Below are positions 11,589 through 25,085 of a stretch of 47,032 bases of DNA, piece after piece; position 1 is the stretch's first letter; the number at the start of each line of letters is the position of its first letter. The notes under the pieces were generated by a model. It searched no databases. It had not been told where the DNA came from and saw only the letters and a list, made by a program, of their open reading frames with translations. This stretch comes from Tubiluchus corallicola (lineage: Eukaryota; Animalia; Priapulida): positions 1 to 47,032 of the forward strand of contig JAQGDQ010001329.1 in assembly GCA_030141605.1 (NCBI GenBank), given 5' to 3'. Both the position numbers and the translations under genes were made by a program.

Positions 11589-14169
11589 TGTGGTTACAAA
11601 TAAAAATTTGTCACGTATTTATCGTTATACAATATTGGGATCACGAAATTTGGAAAGCAATGAACCATTTTAAATCACGTCGTGTTTGAAAAACGCGATC
11701 TGAAATTGATTTTTTTCTTTCTGTTAATACAACTTTTTGTTGCTCGTCGAATTTCCACTATCTACTTGCAGATCTTTTGCAAGTCACGAAAGTCAAAACA
11801 CCAAAACAACGTTCACAAAGACAAGACATTATTACGTTACAAAAGTATAAATTATCAGCAAGCGAAGAATGGCAGATTTTCTATGGCTTATTGCAGTCAA
11901 ACATGGGAAATCTGTCTTATGTTTTTGTAAAACTTGAATTTTTTGCATTAAACTTGCAAAAAATATTAAACTATCCGAAAATTATAATTTCTGTGTGTGA
12001 ATATACATATTATTTTGTACATACTGACGAAAGTGATTTGTACTGCTTTCCACTGTAAACACTTTATATATTAGGTTCAACTGACTTTTGATGAATCCTG
12101 TGAACTAAGTTATTGTTTTAATTTATTCGCCTATTATGTGCAAATTCGTTTTGTGTAATACTGATTTGCCACACATTTAATTTCGCAACGTTACACGAAT
12201 TTCTATGGAGCATCCGAAGGGCAACAATGAGGAAAACCACTAAATAAATTAGTATCTCGTGCGCATGAAGTACTAATTGTGGCCACGAATATTAGAAATC
12301 CGTACATGAAATTACCAAATGTAATTATTGAAACGGCGTTAGAGCATAAAGAATAAAATTAACCATGTTTTAGTTTCTCTTTCTAACAAGAATTAGCGAG
12401 AAAGCTCAAGATGATTTTGCGCGGTGAAGGAAATTACACGAATTTGCACCAAGTTTATTTTTTTGTGAGACCAGCTTTCAGAATCAAGCTCATTGTACAG
12501 TTAGAGATGGATGTACCAAAAATTTACTGAGAACGTGTTGAAGTTAAAGCAAGAGGGCATTCTTCTGAACGTGCTTGAGCCATACGCCACTTACACAATC
12601 TAAGAAATATATAATTAAGTGCAAATCCAGCATTATAAAAATTAATGAATAACGTTTTATTATTTAGCAGAACATCTGCTAGAATACACCATTATATATT
12701 AGCTAATTATATTAACTCCTGCATGGCCGCGCCATTCAAAATAGGTCTTCTAAGCGCTATAATTTTTCTGCTACCGTATGACCACAGACATAACTAGATG
12801 ATGACAAATTGGTTACTGTTCTATTCATAAGCACATTTGTTTAAACATTTGTAGCAAATGTCCCCCTCAAAAAATGTTGCTTACAAATACACTTATAATC
12901 AACAATGTGCAAACATTCTACCTAGTGTTACCTAAAATTACCTACATTTATCTACCTAAAGCAAAGCCAGCTTTTTCTTAATTATAAGTTTATAAACAGA
13001 GTTAAACACGGTTGCTCACCCGAGAATTCTCTCTGCAAAAGTTCATGCTTATTTTCGTTGCTTACTGTTTTAATTCCCGTGTTTGTGTGCATGTGTATAA
13101 ATAAAACTAATATTCCATATTAGTGTTTAATAATAAAAACGCTATTTGTTTGTTTACAAGATTCTGTTTTAGAAACACACTACAAGAAGTTATTGTCAAA
13201 TATGCAAAAGCCAAAGTGGTCCTGCTAAAAAGCAATTACGTAGTGATAGTGTTATCATCTGTTACTCACAACTGCTGCTCACACGGGAATTCTCTCTACA
13301 AACGTTCATGCCTTATTTTCATTGCTTAAATTTCATGCTCCTGTATTCTCAGTTCGTGAAATCATGTCATGCTTTGGAAGACGTGATATGAGAATCATTC
13401 ACTTGCCATATATGTGGCACGACTCCCAAAGAGCTAACGAAGCCAGAGTTATGAAGTTTATAGATGGTTATCAGCCAGTTTCCAAACAAAAACATATTAA
13501 GTAAGACAAAAGGAAGGATTTTTTGTTTATTGTTCATTAGAGTTTTGTGTATTAAGGATGGGAGTGCCACTATGTAGATTAGCGCTGTTACAAGAAAATT
13601 CGTGTATCTATTACATGTGACCAGGCTCCGATCATGACCTTTTGGAGACCACTAGGCTGATGAAATTATGGGGCCTTCTCAGATGCGCTCGCCCTTCTCG
13701 AATATTTTTACTCGTGATATGTTTATTTACTTAGCTTGAAGTAAACTTACATTATACTTATAACGCGTATCCTTAGAAACCTTGCTCCCATTTGGCTCTG
13801 CTATTATATGCAGTGGTCGAATATTAAGTGGTGAGGATGTTTCAGGCTTTTTTGAGGCTACCCATTTTGGGGACAAGCCCAGCCGTTATCAGAAGTTAGC
13901 AAGTTGATTCCACCCAGCTTCGGAAAAAAATTGCTACTTTAACTGGAGACGCTCTGCCTATGTGAAATGCTTGCAGACTGACCTTGATTGGGGGCACCCC
14001 GCTGTGCTTGTGTAAGTCTTGTGTTTTTTGGTTGATTATGCTTGATTATGCATTTACTGGTTCACACTTTGTTGTATTTACTGTTTTCGTTCACACTGTA
14101 TCACAAGGGCCGTGATGGCCCATAATCTGTAAGGTAGGAAAGATCCGCTCGTTAGCCCGGGACACATGT

Positions 14170-14680
14170 CATCTAAAATGAACAAAACTATTGGTATTAT
14201 GACAAAATTAAGACATTGTGGATATCTCTACTCTCAAAATGACGTATTTTGCTCTGGTTTACCCTTACTTGCAGTATTAAGTATTATGTTGGGGAACTGC
14301 ATCTGCTAGTGCACTACAGCCTGCGAAGACTGCACAAAACAAAATTGTAAAAATAATGATATTTGCCAAAATTCGAGATCTCGCAACTCACTCAAACTAC
14401 TAAAAATAAGAGACATTTACAAACTGGGACTAGCTAAATTTAAGAACAGATACACTAACTATTTTGTAAAAATTAGCAAAATACACAATTGCTCAACAAG
14501 GTCTGCTACAAGTGACAAATTTTACGAAACTAGGAATCAGACATTATGGTGGTTGAATTCTATTAAGCACAAAGGTGTAATTTTATAGAATGAGCTGGGT
14601 AGTGCAATTAAAAATACACACTCACTACATGCATTAGCCAACCAGTATAGATTGAATTTGGTACATAATTGTAGTGTCAA
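14170..14680 (+). mobile_element. CR1/L2-group LINE 3' fragment (post-RT region)
   Basis: Degenerate translation KMNKTIGIMTKLRH, YFALVYPYLQY, QNKIVKIM, KIRDIYKL, KIHNCSTRS, SIKHKGVIL*NEL. Confidence 0.7.
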
Positions 14681-15415
14681 TTAAAGATAGAGAAATTATA
14701 TTCTTTGGTAATACAGTTAATACACTAATGCACTATCTATCTACTTTTAAATTTGCTTCTTTTTTTCTTGTTTGCTGTCTCTGCTGCTAGCCAATTTCAT
14801 CATTGCTTACGTTGACTGCTTTATTGCGTCATCTTTAATGAAATAACAATTAACCCAAACCTGTACATTATTGCATAGTCAAATTAGTTTGTTAGCTATT
14901 TTGTTATTAATTAGTTAGTTTTGCAAATAGAACTCTACTCTACTTTACTAATTGTGTTTTCACTTTTTTTGCGTAAATTTGCATAATTTTATTTACCATA
15001 ATTGTTTGCTATTAATTTAATTTTGATCTGTTTTCCTATTCAAATCTTTATTTTGTTCTAACAATATTTGCTCGCCATGCTGAAATTGGTAGACTCACTA
15101 TTTAGGGATGGCAGAGTAGATGTCCTTGGCCTTCCCGCATTTCTTTAATCTTTGAAAATCATTATTACATACTATCTATGATTGTTATTTTAAAGGCAAA
15201 AATAAATTATTATTATTGTTATTATTTTACATCATAACAAAAAAACTAGATTGTACACAAACTGCTATCGAAGTGTCTAGAGCGAAGCTTCATGTGCAAT
15301 CATTGGTGTACGATCTTCTTTTACTACAGCATTTTGACACAGACTTTTTCGTCAGTCAAGTTGCCTAGCAATTCATGTCTTACATTGTACACGATTACAC
15401 TGTTAATATCCACTT

Positions 15416-15820
15416 CTATTTTCGTAATGAATATTTTCTGACAAATAAATACCTATTTCTTTTGTATTCTAAATTGGTATTTCTTTTTACTGTTGCAACA
15501 AAAACGTCATTATAGTGCAGCGGCATTAATCCATACATCTCAACAAGTTCATTAAGACACTTAGATCTGTTAAGATGATGTTTGTTTGCATATTGTAAGC
15601 CCTTAAAATGCGATCCAAATTTATCTATTTTCAAATGTTTTCTAGGCAATACACACATTCCTGGTGAATCTTGTAGAAACAGTGATACAGCAAAGTTTAC
15701 AGCAATGTCATCGCAGTTGTTGTACTTGTCTATCATGCGGAAAACAGCCTCCGGGAAATTATTGAAGATCTTGAAGTAGCTTCGGTGAATCAACATTGGA
15801 GCTGTAAAAATGCGTGAATA
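15416..15820 (-). pseudogene. Exostosin-like (EXTL2/EXT C-terminal, GT64) glycosyltransferase, C-terminal part only
   Basis: YSRIFTAPMLIHRSY...IDKYNNCDDIAVNFAVS...HHLNRSKCLNELVEMYGLMPL matches GT64 YSMVLTG..F.H / NCEDI.MNF / H...RS.C.N.F...YG.MPL. In-frame TGA just upstream of YSR; possible acceptor tttttacag near 15803; upstream exons not recognised. Confidence 0.75.
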
Positions 15821-17569
15821 AATTCAGTGACCAAATGTAAAAAAGCCCCAGAAATTTAATGACGGCATTAGGACGTCTCATTATCATCTCAAAAATCGAG
15901 AACTATTGGATTCAGAAATCACGAACATGAACATTGAACAATTTTGACCCATGCAAGAAAGGAGCAATAGCCACACAAGGTATGATCTACAGGAAAGATG
16001 ATGAGATAACTATCAATGTCCGAGACATTTAGTCGTCAGGAAAACAATTCTGCGAAAGGGAATTTTACGGAAAGTGGAGGGGAAAATGATTCTTTGGAAG
16101 TTGTTCGACATTTGGTTACGACATTTGGTTCAGAGAAGGATATGAAAAGCAGAGGGAAAACGAGCTTCACGACTGACATCAACAGATTTCTCAGATTGCT
16201 TACAAAGCAGATTTGTCATTAATTGTTTACATAATTATTTGGAACACACTTTAAACAGAAGTGATAATTGCCATGGTCGCTCTAGTCACATCAAGTCTCG
16301 CATATTTTGCTTCTGAGTCGATTTTTCAAAATGTTTGTTCAGAGACTTTTACAGAGAAAAACATTTTTTCAGCATAACACGACACAATTGTTTTGTCCGA
16401 CAGTTAATCGCTTTACAAGTTTTTCAAACATATTTGCAGGTTAGTTTAGAGAAAGTTTTGCTTAAAGATAGAGCGTATAGCATGGGCCATAACAGTTTAT
16501 ATAAGTGATGTCAAAAACGTGCAATAAAGTAAGAAGATACATTTATAGATTATTACTTTTTAGACAGATAGGTGACTTTATACAAGCAGTTAAGATTGTA
16601 AGTTGATTAAATTTTGAACTATGTTATAGTTTTCTCAAAAAGAAATGTGCAGAGCATGTCAATAGTTAACCTTTCAAAGACAAAATCGCTTTGGTAGCCA
16701 GCCTTTTCATAAAAAAAATACATTCATTTTTTCGGAATAAATAAGAGTGAAAATTCCAACTGCAAGTGGATATGAGTAGGGATACAATTTTGTTATCTTG
16801 AATCAGCAACTAATTTGTTATATTTGTTATTGTTTCTATGATTTTTCTTGTCTTACTTTAGTCTAGTTCTTTGCTTCAATGTTTTTGGTTATATGTGCGT
16901 AATTGACGTATATGTGCTTTATTGAAATGAAGCACAAAATCAAATTAAAACGTAAAATGAAAAGATTAGTAATCAGTACTAATCCTGAATTTGAAGATAA
17001 AGACTGTCTTCGTATGGTAAGCGTGTTCCCTGAAAACAGAAACTTCTAAAATTTTTTAAATGACAAAGTCTTGTATTTTTGTATCTAAGTGTTTGTCACT
17101 TAACATTGGATTAAGGCAGGCATACCTGGCAGTATAATCGAATATTTGCCATTCAATGTTGATGGAACATAATTATACCTTCCTCCGAGTATAGTATGTG
17201 CACGACACGCAAAACCAAATATTCGATTTGGCAGCTGAAATAAAGAAAACTAAAATTAATTAAGATGAGGAGGCAAATTGGGCAAAGTATAAGCAGACTG
17301 CAAACCGAGCAAGGTTGCCATACTTTTTTTTAATAAAGTACAAAGGGCATTCTCTGCACGTTAGTTTTCTTAACACGGGAAATAGTTATATTTGGTTTAA
17401 TGTAATGGAAAAAATAGCCCTACCAGCAAAAAGATTGCAAAAAACGTTTGGTGTTTTCTTGTATTGATTGATCCAGAGAATAACATATGCATATTTCACT
17501 CAATCGAGATTTGTTAAGTGACATAATATCATGGTCCTTTTCTCAATAGAGTGATCGTATAGTTTTATT

Positions 17570-18670
17570 TAGCCGTCTCGAGTGATCGTGAACTATATCT
17601 ATAGATTGTATAGATTGTATATTGATTTTACAGATTCGCTCTTCGTTCGCTACAAGATGATTTTATCACCTGCCTTCGAGGGCTATAGTTAAGTCTATCA
17701 GACAATGATACTGTCCTTCAAGACTGTCACTTTGACCTTGCATTGTGAGTGGAGGTCTTCTTCCCTCAAGCTATCGAGCGTCGCTCCCGCAATTGAGCTT
17801 TAGTTAGTTAATACAATGCGAATCTCTCAAGTTCGTATCTAGGTTTTAGTGTTGCTTTACTTTGAACGCTCCTAATCATACCAGAACTCGTTATCTAAAT
17901 TGTCACAGAGAATCGAATTTATCCAGTTATAGAATTTACTTTATCTAATCTGGTTTGCTTTACAAGATTTATCCTTATACGCTTGTAGGTGTTTACAATT
18001 AATGTATAGCTCCAGAAAGATGCTCATACAATTTACTTGACAGCGGCTCAGTAAGCTGCACTTAAGGTGCTTAATACACTGTGAACTACAGTTATGCAGA
18101 GTTACTCTCAGATACGAATGCGTTAAGTACACTTAACTGGCGGGCTGACCACAATGTACCCCGTACACTCGGTCAACTCCAATTAGCTTTACGAGACTCT
18201 CGTTGATCCAGTGCCCAGTCTATCGCTGAGAACGCAGAACTCCTCTACGCTGGTGTCAAACGATGATCTTCCTTCCTAGAAGCTGTCCCGGACACACTGT
18301 CAGATTCTCCTCTTCGATGTGCGTGTGGTCTCGTGCCTGAGATCCCGTGTGTGTGTAACTCTCGTGTCACACACCGCCGTGTGGGTCTGTGTGTCTAAAA
18401 CTCAGAGTTTATATCTCGAAGAGCTGACCATGCTAAAGATTGCACCATATGGCAAAACCGGCGGCAGGTGACATCCCTGCTATGCGATTTCTGCCTTTAC
18501 GATCAGCAAGTTGGTCTTCGAATTCTTTCGCTCCGTGAGATCTCTTTCCGTCGTCGGCAACTCTTTAGAATTTCTCTTCCTCCGATGTCTCCGAGCGCTG
18601 GTAGAGAGACCTTGGTGATGGCCATAAAGTCGTCTTCACAAGACATCTGCCTATTACCGACTTTCTGTTA
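17570..18670 (-). mobile_element. Possible LTR-retrotransposon relic
   Basis: GC-richer island; minus strand reads ISRSERIRRP (resembles RRS.R.RRP at the end of Gypsy pol) followed by gcaggga|tgtcac and a tataaa near 18410. Boundaries approximate. Confidence 0.3.
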
Positions 18671-19744
18671 ATTAACTGTAACTCTGCATGTGGCTATTCA
18701 AGACAATAGTGTCTTCGCTTAAACAGACACCTGTTTTCCTCCAATAAACTATACAAGACACACCTGTATTTCTCTACAATGTGCAATAATTTGCGTCGCA
18801 TTAAATCCGTACTTATCAGCTGGGTGAGTTTCTCTATCAACCAATAAATTTATTTATCAACTGAATCTAATTCAGCTGATAACTCCATTAATTTACCACC
18901 AAATTATCGACTTATAAATTTATTCATAACAATAAAGTCAAGAGCTTTTATTGCCGTCCGTAAACAACCAATCTAAACCTACAAAACTATAAACCCTCTT
19001 TTTCCCTAAATACCGACAGGCAGGACAATAGCAGGTGCCACATTTAAAGTATTTGGTGTGACCCGGCTGCTGTATCAAACTTGAAAACTACGGAAAGTGG
19101 GCGAGTTACCACTAGACTAGCTTATAAGACTAGACTAGACTATATCTTAGCTATCAGAGCATATGAAAGCTAAGATAGCATAAAACTGTGACAATATTTC
19201 AGCTTATTTCGTTAACATTTATTTGTTAGAACATTGGAATCTGCATATTGTACAAATCACAGCTTCTAGAAATTTGCCTGGTTATCTTTGTGGAAAGCGG
19301 ATGTATATCTGTGTGTATCTAAATACTGCGAATTTTCAGGAGATTTTAACCAATCAACGTTTAATGTTATTTCAGCATTGAAATTGTTTCAGGAACGCGA
19401 ATGTGAAAACGTTTTTCGAAAATTCCCTCTAGCGTCAACGCTAAAGCATATTTGTAAACTATGATAATGGTGATTTTATGCAACTTACTGTGCAAAACGC
19501 TATTGTCAATATCCTACGGGGATTTGGTTCTGCAACTTCGTGATTGTTAGCAATGACTCAACCTGTTAACATAGCATCCGAGAGCTATCGATGTCCCCCA
19601 AAACTGCATTTAAGGTATACGTCACTGGATGCTACACATTTCCTTCATACTTAATGATGACATGATTGATTTGATATTTTTCTGATAAGTAAATGATTTG
19701 ATAATCAAAGCCAATTACCAAAAGACATCTATCTATATGGGCAG

Positions 19745-20180
19745 TGTTCTAAATGCGTTCTCGTATGCAATGAACAACGTTGGAATCATTCTAGATGGTC
19801 ATTTAACCATGCACACCAGTATTAACAATGTTTGCAACAGCCACTGAAATTCGTACTTACGCATTTATTTGACAAGGATACATGATATAACACTGTTGTT
19901 ATAGTACACTTTCTGACATTACTCGGTATCAGATTGATAAACAAATTGATCGCTCGAATATTACAGACACTGCCATGGCCCTTAATGGCTTAGCACCATT
20001 CTACATGTGTCATTTTCTAAAGCCACACGCGCCTAAACGTAATTTTAGATCTCTATTAGTTCAACTAGGTGTTCTCCATCACAATCTAGTCACAAACTGT
20101 TTTAGCGTAGTAGCACCAAAATTATGGAACGAAATGCAAATTCATACAAATATAATGACTAGTGTTGACAATGAATTACT
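19745..20180 (+). mobile_element. L2-clade LINE 3' fragment
   Basis: NVGIILDGHLTMHTSINNVC and ALNGLAPFYM..FLKPHAPKRNFRS...FSVVAPKLWN are typical L2 RT-tail motifs. Confidence 0.78.
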
Positions 20181-21726
20181 AAACAGTTGGTTATCATCTG
20201 AAAGTAATTAGATAGATAATTGTTAACTACGCACTAACTATTAAGCATTGATATTAATTGACGCATCTGCATTGATATGCATTAACCAGTGGCGGCTCGT
20301 GTATGGGTACGGTGGTACTGCTGCACCCTGATTTTAGCGAATCCAGGGTTCAGCGTGGATCCGTCACAGGATGTACATGGCATACAAGTGATGACATTTC
20401 TCAGCAGATGAGATAAGTTAAAAGATCCAGAATACGAGTATGAAATAAACTTTAACGCTAACTAGTAGCTCCAAACTTTCAGAAAGAAGGACACGTGATC
20501 GTGTGAAGGACATATTATTATCTGAACTTTAAAAAAGATAGACGCATAGATACGTTTATCCTTCTTACTATCAAAAAAAATTCCCCAGGTAGAAGTCAAC
20601 GCTCCTCATTTAATCTCGTGAATTCGGAGGGATTTTAAGCTCAAAACAAAATGAACTTTGGCTCTACCGCACACCAAGAAAGGGTACTAACTAGGAGTAA
20701 AGAGAACTTGTTAAATTGTACTATATGTTAAATAGTTATGTTAATAAGAGTGTTACAGAAGGAAGCCAAATAAGGAGAGCTAAGGAGTGGTGCCACGAGA
20801 TGACGTAATTGACCTAGTTGTCAGGCTGCGCACGACGCTTATATATAAGACCCCGACAGATTTGTTTACTAATTTAAGCCTCTGGCTTTATATGTCTTTC
20901 TTCACAAAATGTTTTTCAAATTATTATTTGTATTACATCTCTGTGTGTATTGCACGGTATATAAAAGGTTATGAGAAGTTACGTTACGCTATGTGTTACT
21001 GAACTGGAGATTATCATGTAAAAGTAGTTAAGTAGGTAATCGTAAACTAATCATTAACTACTAAAATTGTCACAACTGCAACGACATCACTAACGTCTGT
21101 AATAACAATATTGAAATCTAAATGTAATTAAAGTACTTGGATTTTCTGAACAGCAGTTACGTTGTACTCGTAAATGAGAATCACCTTACACAAAATGGCC
21201 ATTAACCGCCGGTCGTCACTGCCTACACCATACCGATCAATAATACGTAACGTATACACGGACTGAAAATTTGTAATAAAGTCATCTACGAAAACATAAA
21301 CTATAAGTATAATGTCACGTGTCTTTTAGGCCATCCTGTAAAATTTTCAGTTCTATTCGAACCTACGTTTACTTCCACATACACGATATAAACTAGACAA
21401 ATAAAATATATTTAACGGAATATATCATAACGGAAAAGGATAGCGAGTCGAGCCGTCATTTAATAGATCAAAGCACTACTGAGATGGCACTATTTCATTC
21501 AAGTATAATGTGATGATATAATACTATTTTACTTAGCAATTTGATCTTTTTAAATTTGTTTGATGATTGACTGAAAATTTCTTCAACTAATTTTAAATAA
21601 TTCTCCAATTAAAACATCGACACATCAGCATGACAGTAAAATAAAGTCTGTTTATGATAGTGGTTATAGCTGCTGGCTGATTATCGTTGCTTATTATTGT
21701 GGTGGCTGAGGCTCGTGAAGATTGCG

Positions 21727-22060
21727 TGTGGAACAGCCACAATGGGCGTGGCAAGCTACCAAGACTTTGTTTAGTAAACTACACCTTTATTAAATAAGAA
21801 CCTCAGACACAGTAAACATAAGAAGATAGCAATGCCAGCCCTCCATCTTCAAGACTGCTCCTAATCTTGTCTGCCCGAGGTGCGGGGGCCTCGAATTCCT
21901 TTTGTCTAATTAGCTAAAGCATATGAGCTTCTGCGCATAAAGATTTAATCATCAATCTATACTCCTGACTAAGTAGCCCGAACATCAACTGATCATCACG
22001 TGATATGCCACACCTAACCTATGTCTGGGCTTCTAGCTCAGACAATAATTTAATCTTGTA
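21727..22060 (-). mobile_element. Solo-LTR-like dispersed repeat, copy 1
   Basis: Shares tgtgg.acag, ggcaa(a)gcta..aagact, tttattaaa, agatagcaatgcca, atatgagct..gcgca, tcacgtg in the same order with 28677-29060 and 40242-40600. Confidence 0.5.
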
Positions 22061-24784
22061 TTGTCAAGGTTTTAATCTTCATTTAATAATTTAATTATAG
22101 TTTGATTTTGAATCATTATTTTAAAAAGCTTTCCTTTACTATGACATCAGGTAATAACGATGATCACAGGAATAAAAGAGAGCTATATAAATAAAATATT
22201 TGAGTTTAATAAGTGTTTGAAGTTTCATGGCGTACATCATAATTTTAGCTGTAAATGACAATCACGTAACATCCGTGACCATAAACCGCCGATCGTCTTT
22301 AATGATTATAGTAATGGCCGTTACTTGAAAAGCAACAATTTTTCATTAATCAATCTAGCCAACAATATAAATTTATACACCAGCATTTACGATATGTCAG
22401 ATGTAGTATGAGATGCTTGCCTTAATATTACTTACCAACCTCCAAACACCATATGCTCTTAATAAATCTTCTTCACCGACAAGTGTATCGTCATCAAATA
22501 TTAATACAAACTATAAAAGTGAGCGATGTCCTGTGTCTGTAAATTATTTACATTTAATACAAGGACAAGTAGAGATAAATGAAAAATTATTTCAAGGTCA
22601 GATTACATGAAAATGCAAACAAGCTGTTGCAGCTTTTACAATCGACTGTGCGGCCTCCACGTGCTTTAAAGCAAATAATTTACACAACAAAACCTCAGCA
22701 AAGAAAAGACAAAAAAAAGTTGTCATCTTTCTTGAATCTGTTATGCAACACATAATTTGATGACGTAGCTACTCGTCATGCACTCGTATACCAAGTATCT
22801 ACGTATTTACTTCATGAAAAAGTCCTGGTCAGCATCAGTTTATCCACACACAGCATAATAAAATCACCACTGATGTTGTGGTAACTATTACAGGATTGAT
22901 TTAGGAATTCAACCGGAATATTCGTTTGCCCTGAATTTAACGAGCTAGAGGCGAGATTATATTCACACCTTGTTATTCAATCCCATAGCCGCTCTTAAGC
23001 TAAAAGATAAATTAAGTGACGACTAAGAAAATTATCTGTTCCTCTTTGCTCCCCAACCACCAAGACTTTTTTCCACAACTCACACTGCTTGTCTCCATCG
23101 TGTCGAATATTGTTCTTGCATGGTCCATGCAGTTTTTTTTATCTTACATTTACTAAAAGCATCATCCAACACTACTTACCTTCTGTCATTATGTTGGATG
23201 GAATTTTCCACCGATTTGCCAGTGTATTTGTTTGTGGCTTAATTATAATGAATTCCTTTCCCCGGCCTTCCACTATTTGAGCTAGAAAATTTGGCACCAC
23301 TTCACCTAAACAAAATACTTTGCTTATGGAGGAAGTTTCGAAGTAATATAAACTCTTATAATCCAAAAAAATTAATGGGGGGTAAGTGAATAAATGACGT
23401 GAGCAGAATAATCATGATGTACCCATAGCTAACAAAGTTGAATAACAACGTGTCTGACCGCAAGTGCATATGAGATTTATTACCAAAGATGTGAAGTAAT
23501 CATATTGAGGCAGGATTTATAAACAGACTCTGGAAGATCAGTGTCCCATCTTAAGATCACATCTAATAATGTAAATCACGTTACAGTAATGTCTGTACAG
23601 TTAAGACATTTACAGAAATTTCAAGACCGTGGTGAGCAAAGGATTGTTTCTCAATGAACTCTATGAGAGCAAAATAAAACTCAGTGTCACAGTGTATGTT
23701 TCCTGTGATGTTATAGGTTAAAGAATTCCTATTTGACGTCAATTTACAATTTCACCTAGTTTTGATTTTGAAATGCAAATCAATGTTGGCCATTCTGTAT
23801 CGGATCCTTTAAGTGGTCTGGCCTCCAAAGCTCAACACCAGGTTGTTCTCAGAACATAATTTTTTGGTCGCGTCAGTGGCAGATTTCATGTTTGTCGTAA
23901 TTTGGTGATTTGACCTCTTTTTTCCATTTAAATCCAATCCCTTCCCAGCCAGGTAATGTGATTTTTCTTAAAATTCGGATTGAAGCATTTCCAGAGAAAC
24001 AAAAACATTGTGTTTTTTTTCGTATTTTTGCAATAGCAGAAGCTACTCAGTGCCATGTGGTCAATAACTCAATAACAATAATAGCAGTAACAGATTGGCT
24101 GCTTATGCGGAATGCTCCTTCATTGTTGATTTACCCCGATTAGCAACATGCCTGCTGAAGCTCTTTGCCACTTAAGCAGCACTTATACTTCCTACTTATA
24201 CTTACATTTTGGAAGCTTTTGTGCTGCATTGGTTACAGACACTATCCACTTTCATAGAAAATAGAGTATTTAAGTTTAAAAGTCATGTTATCCAAATTTA
24301 GATAGCTAAAACACTGTAGCTATTTAATAAATTGCCCACCAAATCTCAGTCTACTGTCCTTACTGACTTCGTCTTCCAGGATTGAGTTCAGTTCAATCCT
24401 GCAAACCTTTGCAGCATGTAACAAAACACTACAGCAGTAATCTCAGAGCCTGCAAGTGTGGCGAGCAGCCGTGTAAAAGTTAAGGTAATCGAGGCTCTTC
24501 GGGTTTTGCTAGTCATCAGGTTTTAAAGGCTTAGCATTTAAAGCTGCTACAAAATAGAAAACTAAAATATGGTTGATTTGTTATGTAAGCTATGTTTGGA
24601 GTAATATGCAGGGCTTCGCAATCCACATTAGCTTAACTTAGTAAATGTAGTTGACTAAATGAAAATAATTAAATTTCAAAGTAATAAGACACACTCCACT
24701 AAATCAGTACGTATGGACAAATGCATAATCACAGCTTAACAGTAAAGCACATTTGTGGCAGTTGCCTGTGTCAGTGGACTGCTT

Positions 24785-25085
24785 AGAGGACAAAAAACTT
24801 CCTTCCCAAATGACTTCCTAGAAGGCAGAACATTTCCTAGATGACAGAGGACTTCCTAGATGACAGAAGACATGCAAAAGGACAGACAGCTTCTTTGAGA
24901 ACAGAGGGACCTGTTATAGGACTTCCTAGATGCCAGAGGACATGCTAGAATCCAAAGTCTTTCTTGAGGATTTCCTACAAGACAGAAGACTTTCAGTAAA
25001 ACAAAGAACTTCCCAAAGAACTTCATAACGGACAGAATACTTATAGGAGGACAGAGGACTTCCAAAAGGACAGAAGGACATCCTA
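24785..25085 (+). repeat. Degenerate ~18-19 bp satellite (ggacagaggacttcctaga), locus 1
   Basis: Recurrent gacagaggacttcc / cttcctaga motifs. Confidence 0.85.

Noticed and set aside
20287-21461. hAT MITE bounded by cagtggcggctcg and cgagccgtcattt
   Set aside because: Only 10/13 match and no 8-bp TSD.
23000-23400. Minus-strand protein-like relic (GEVVPNFLAQIVEG...RWKIP)
   Set aside because: Interrupted by stops and I could not assign a family.
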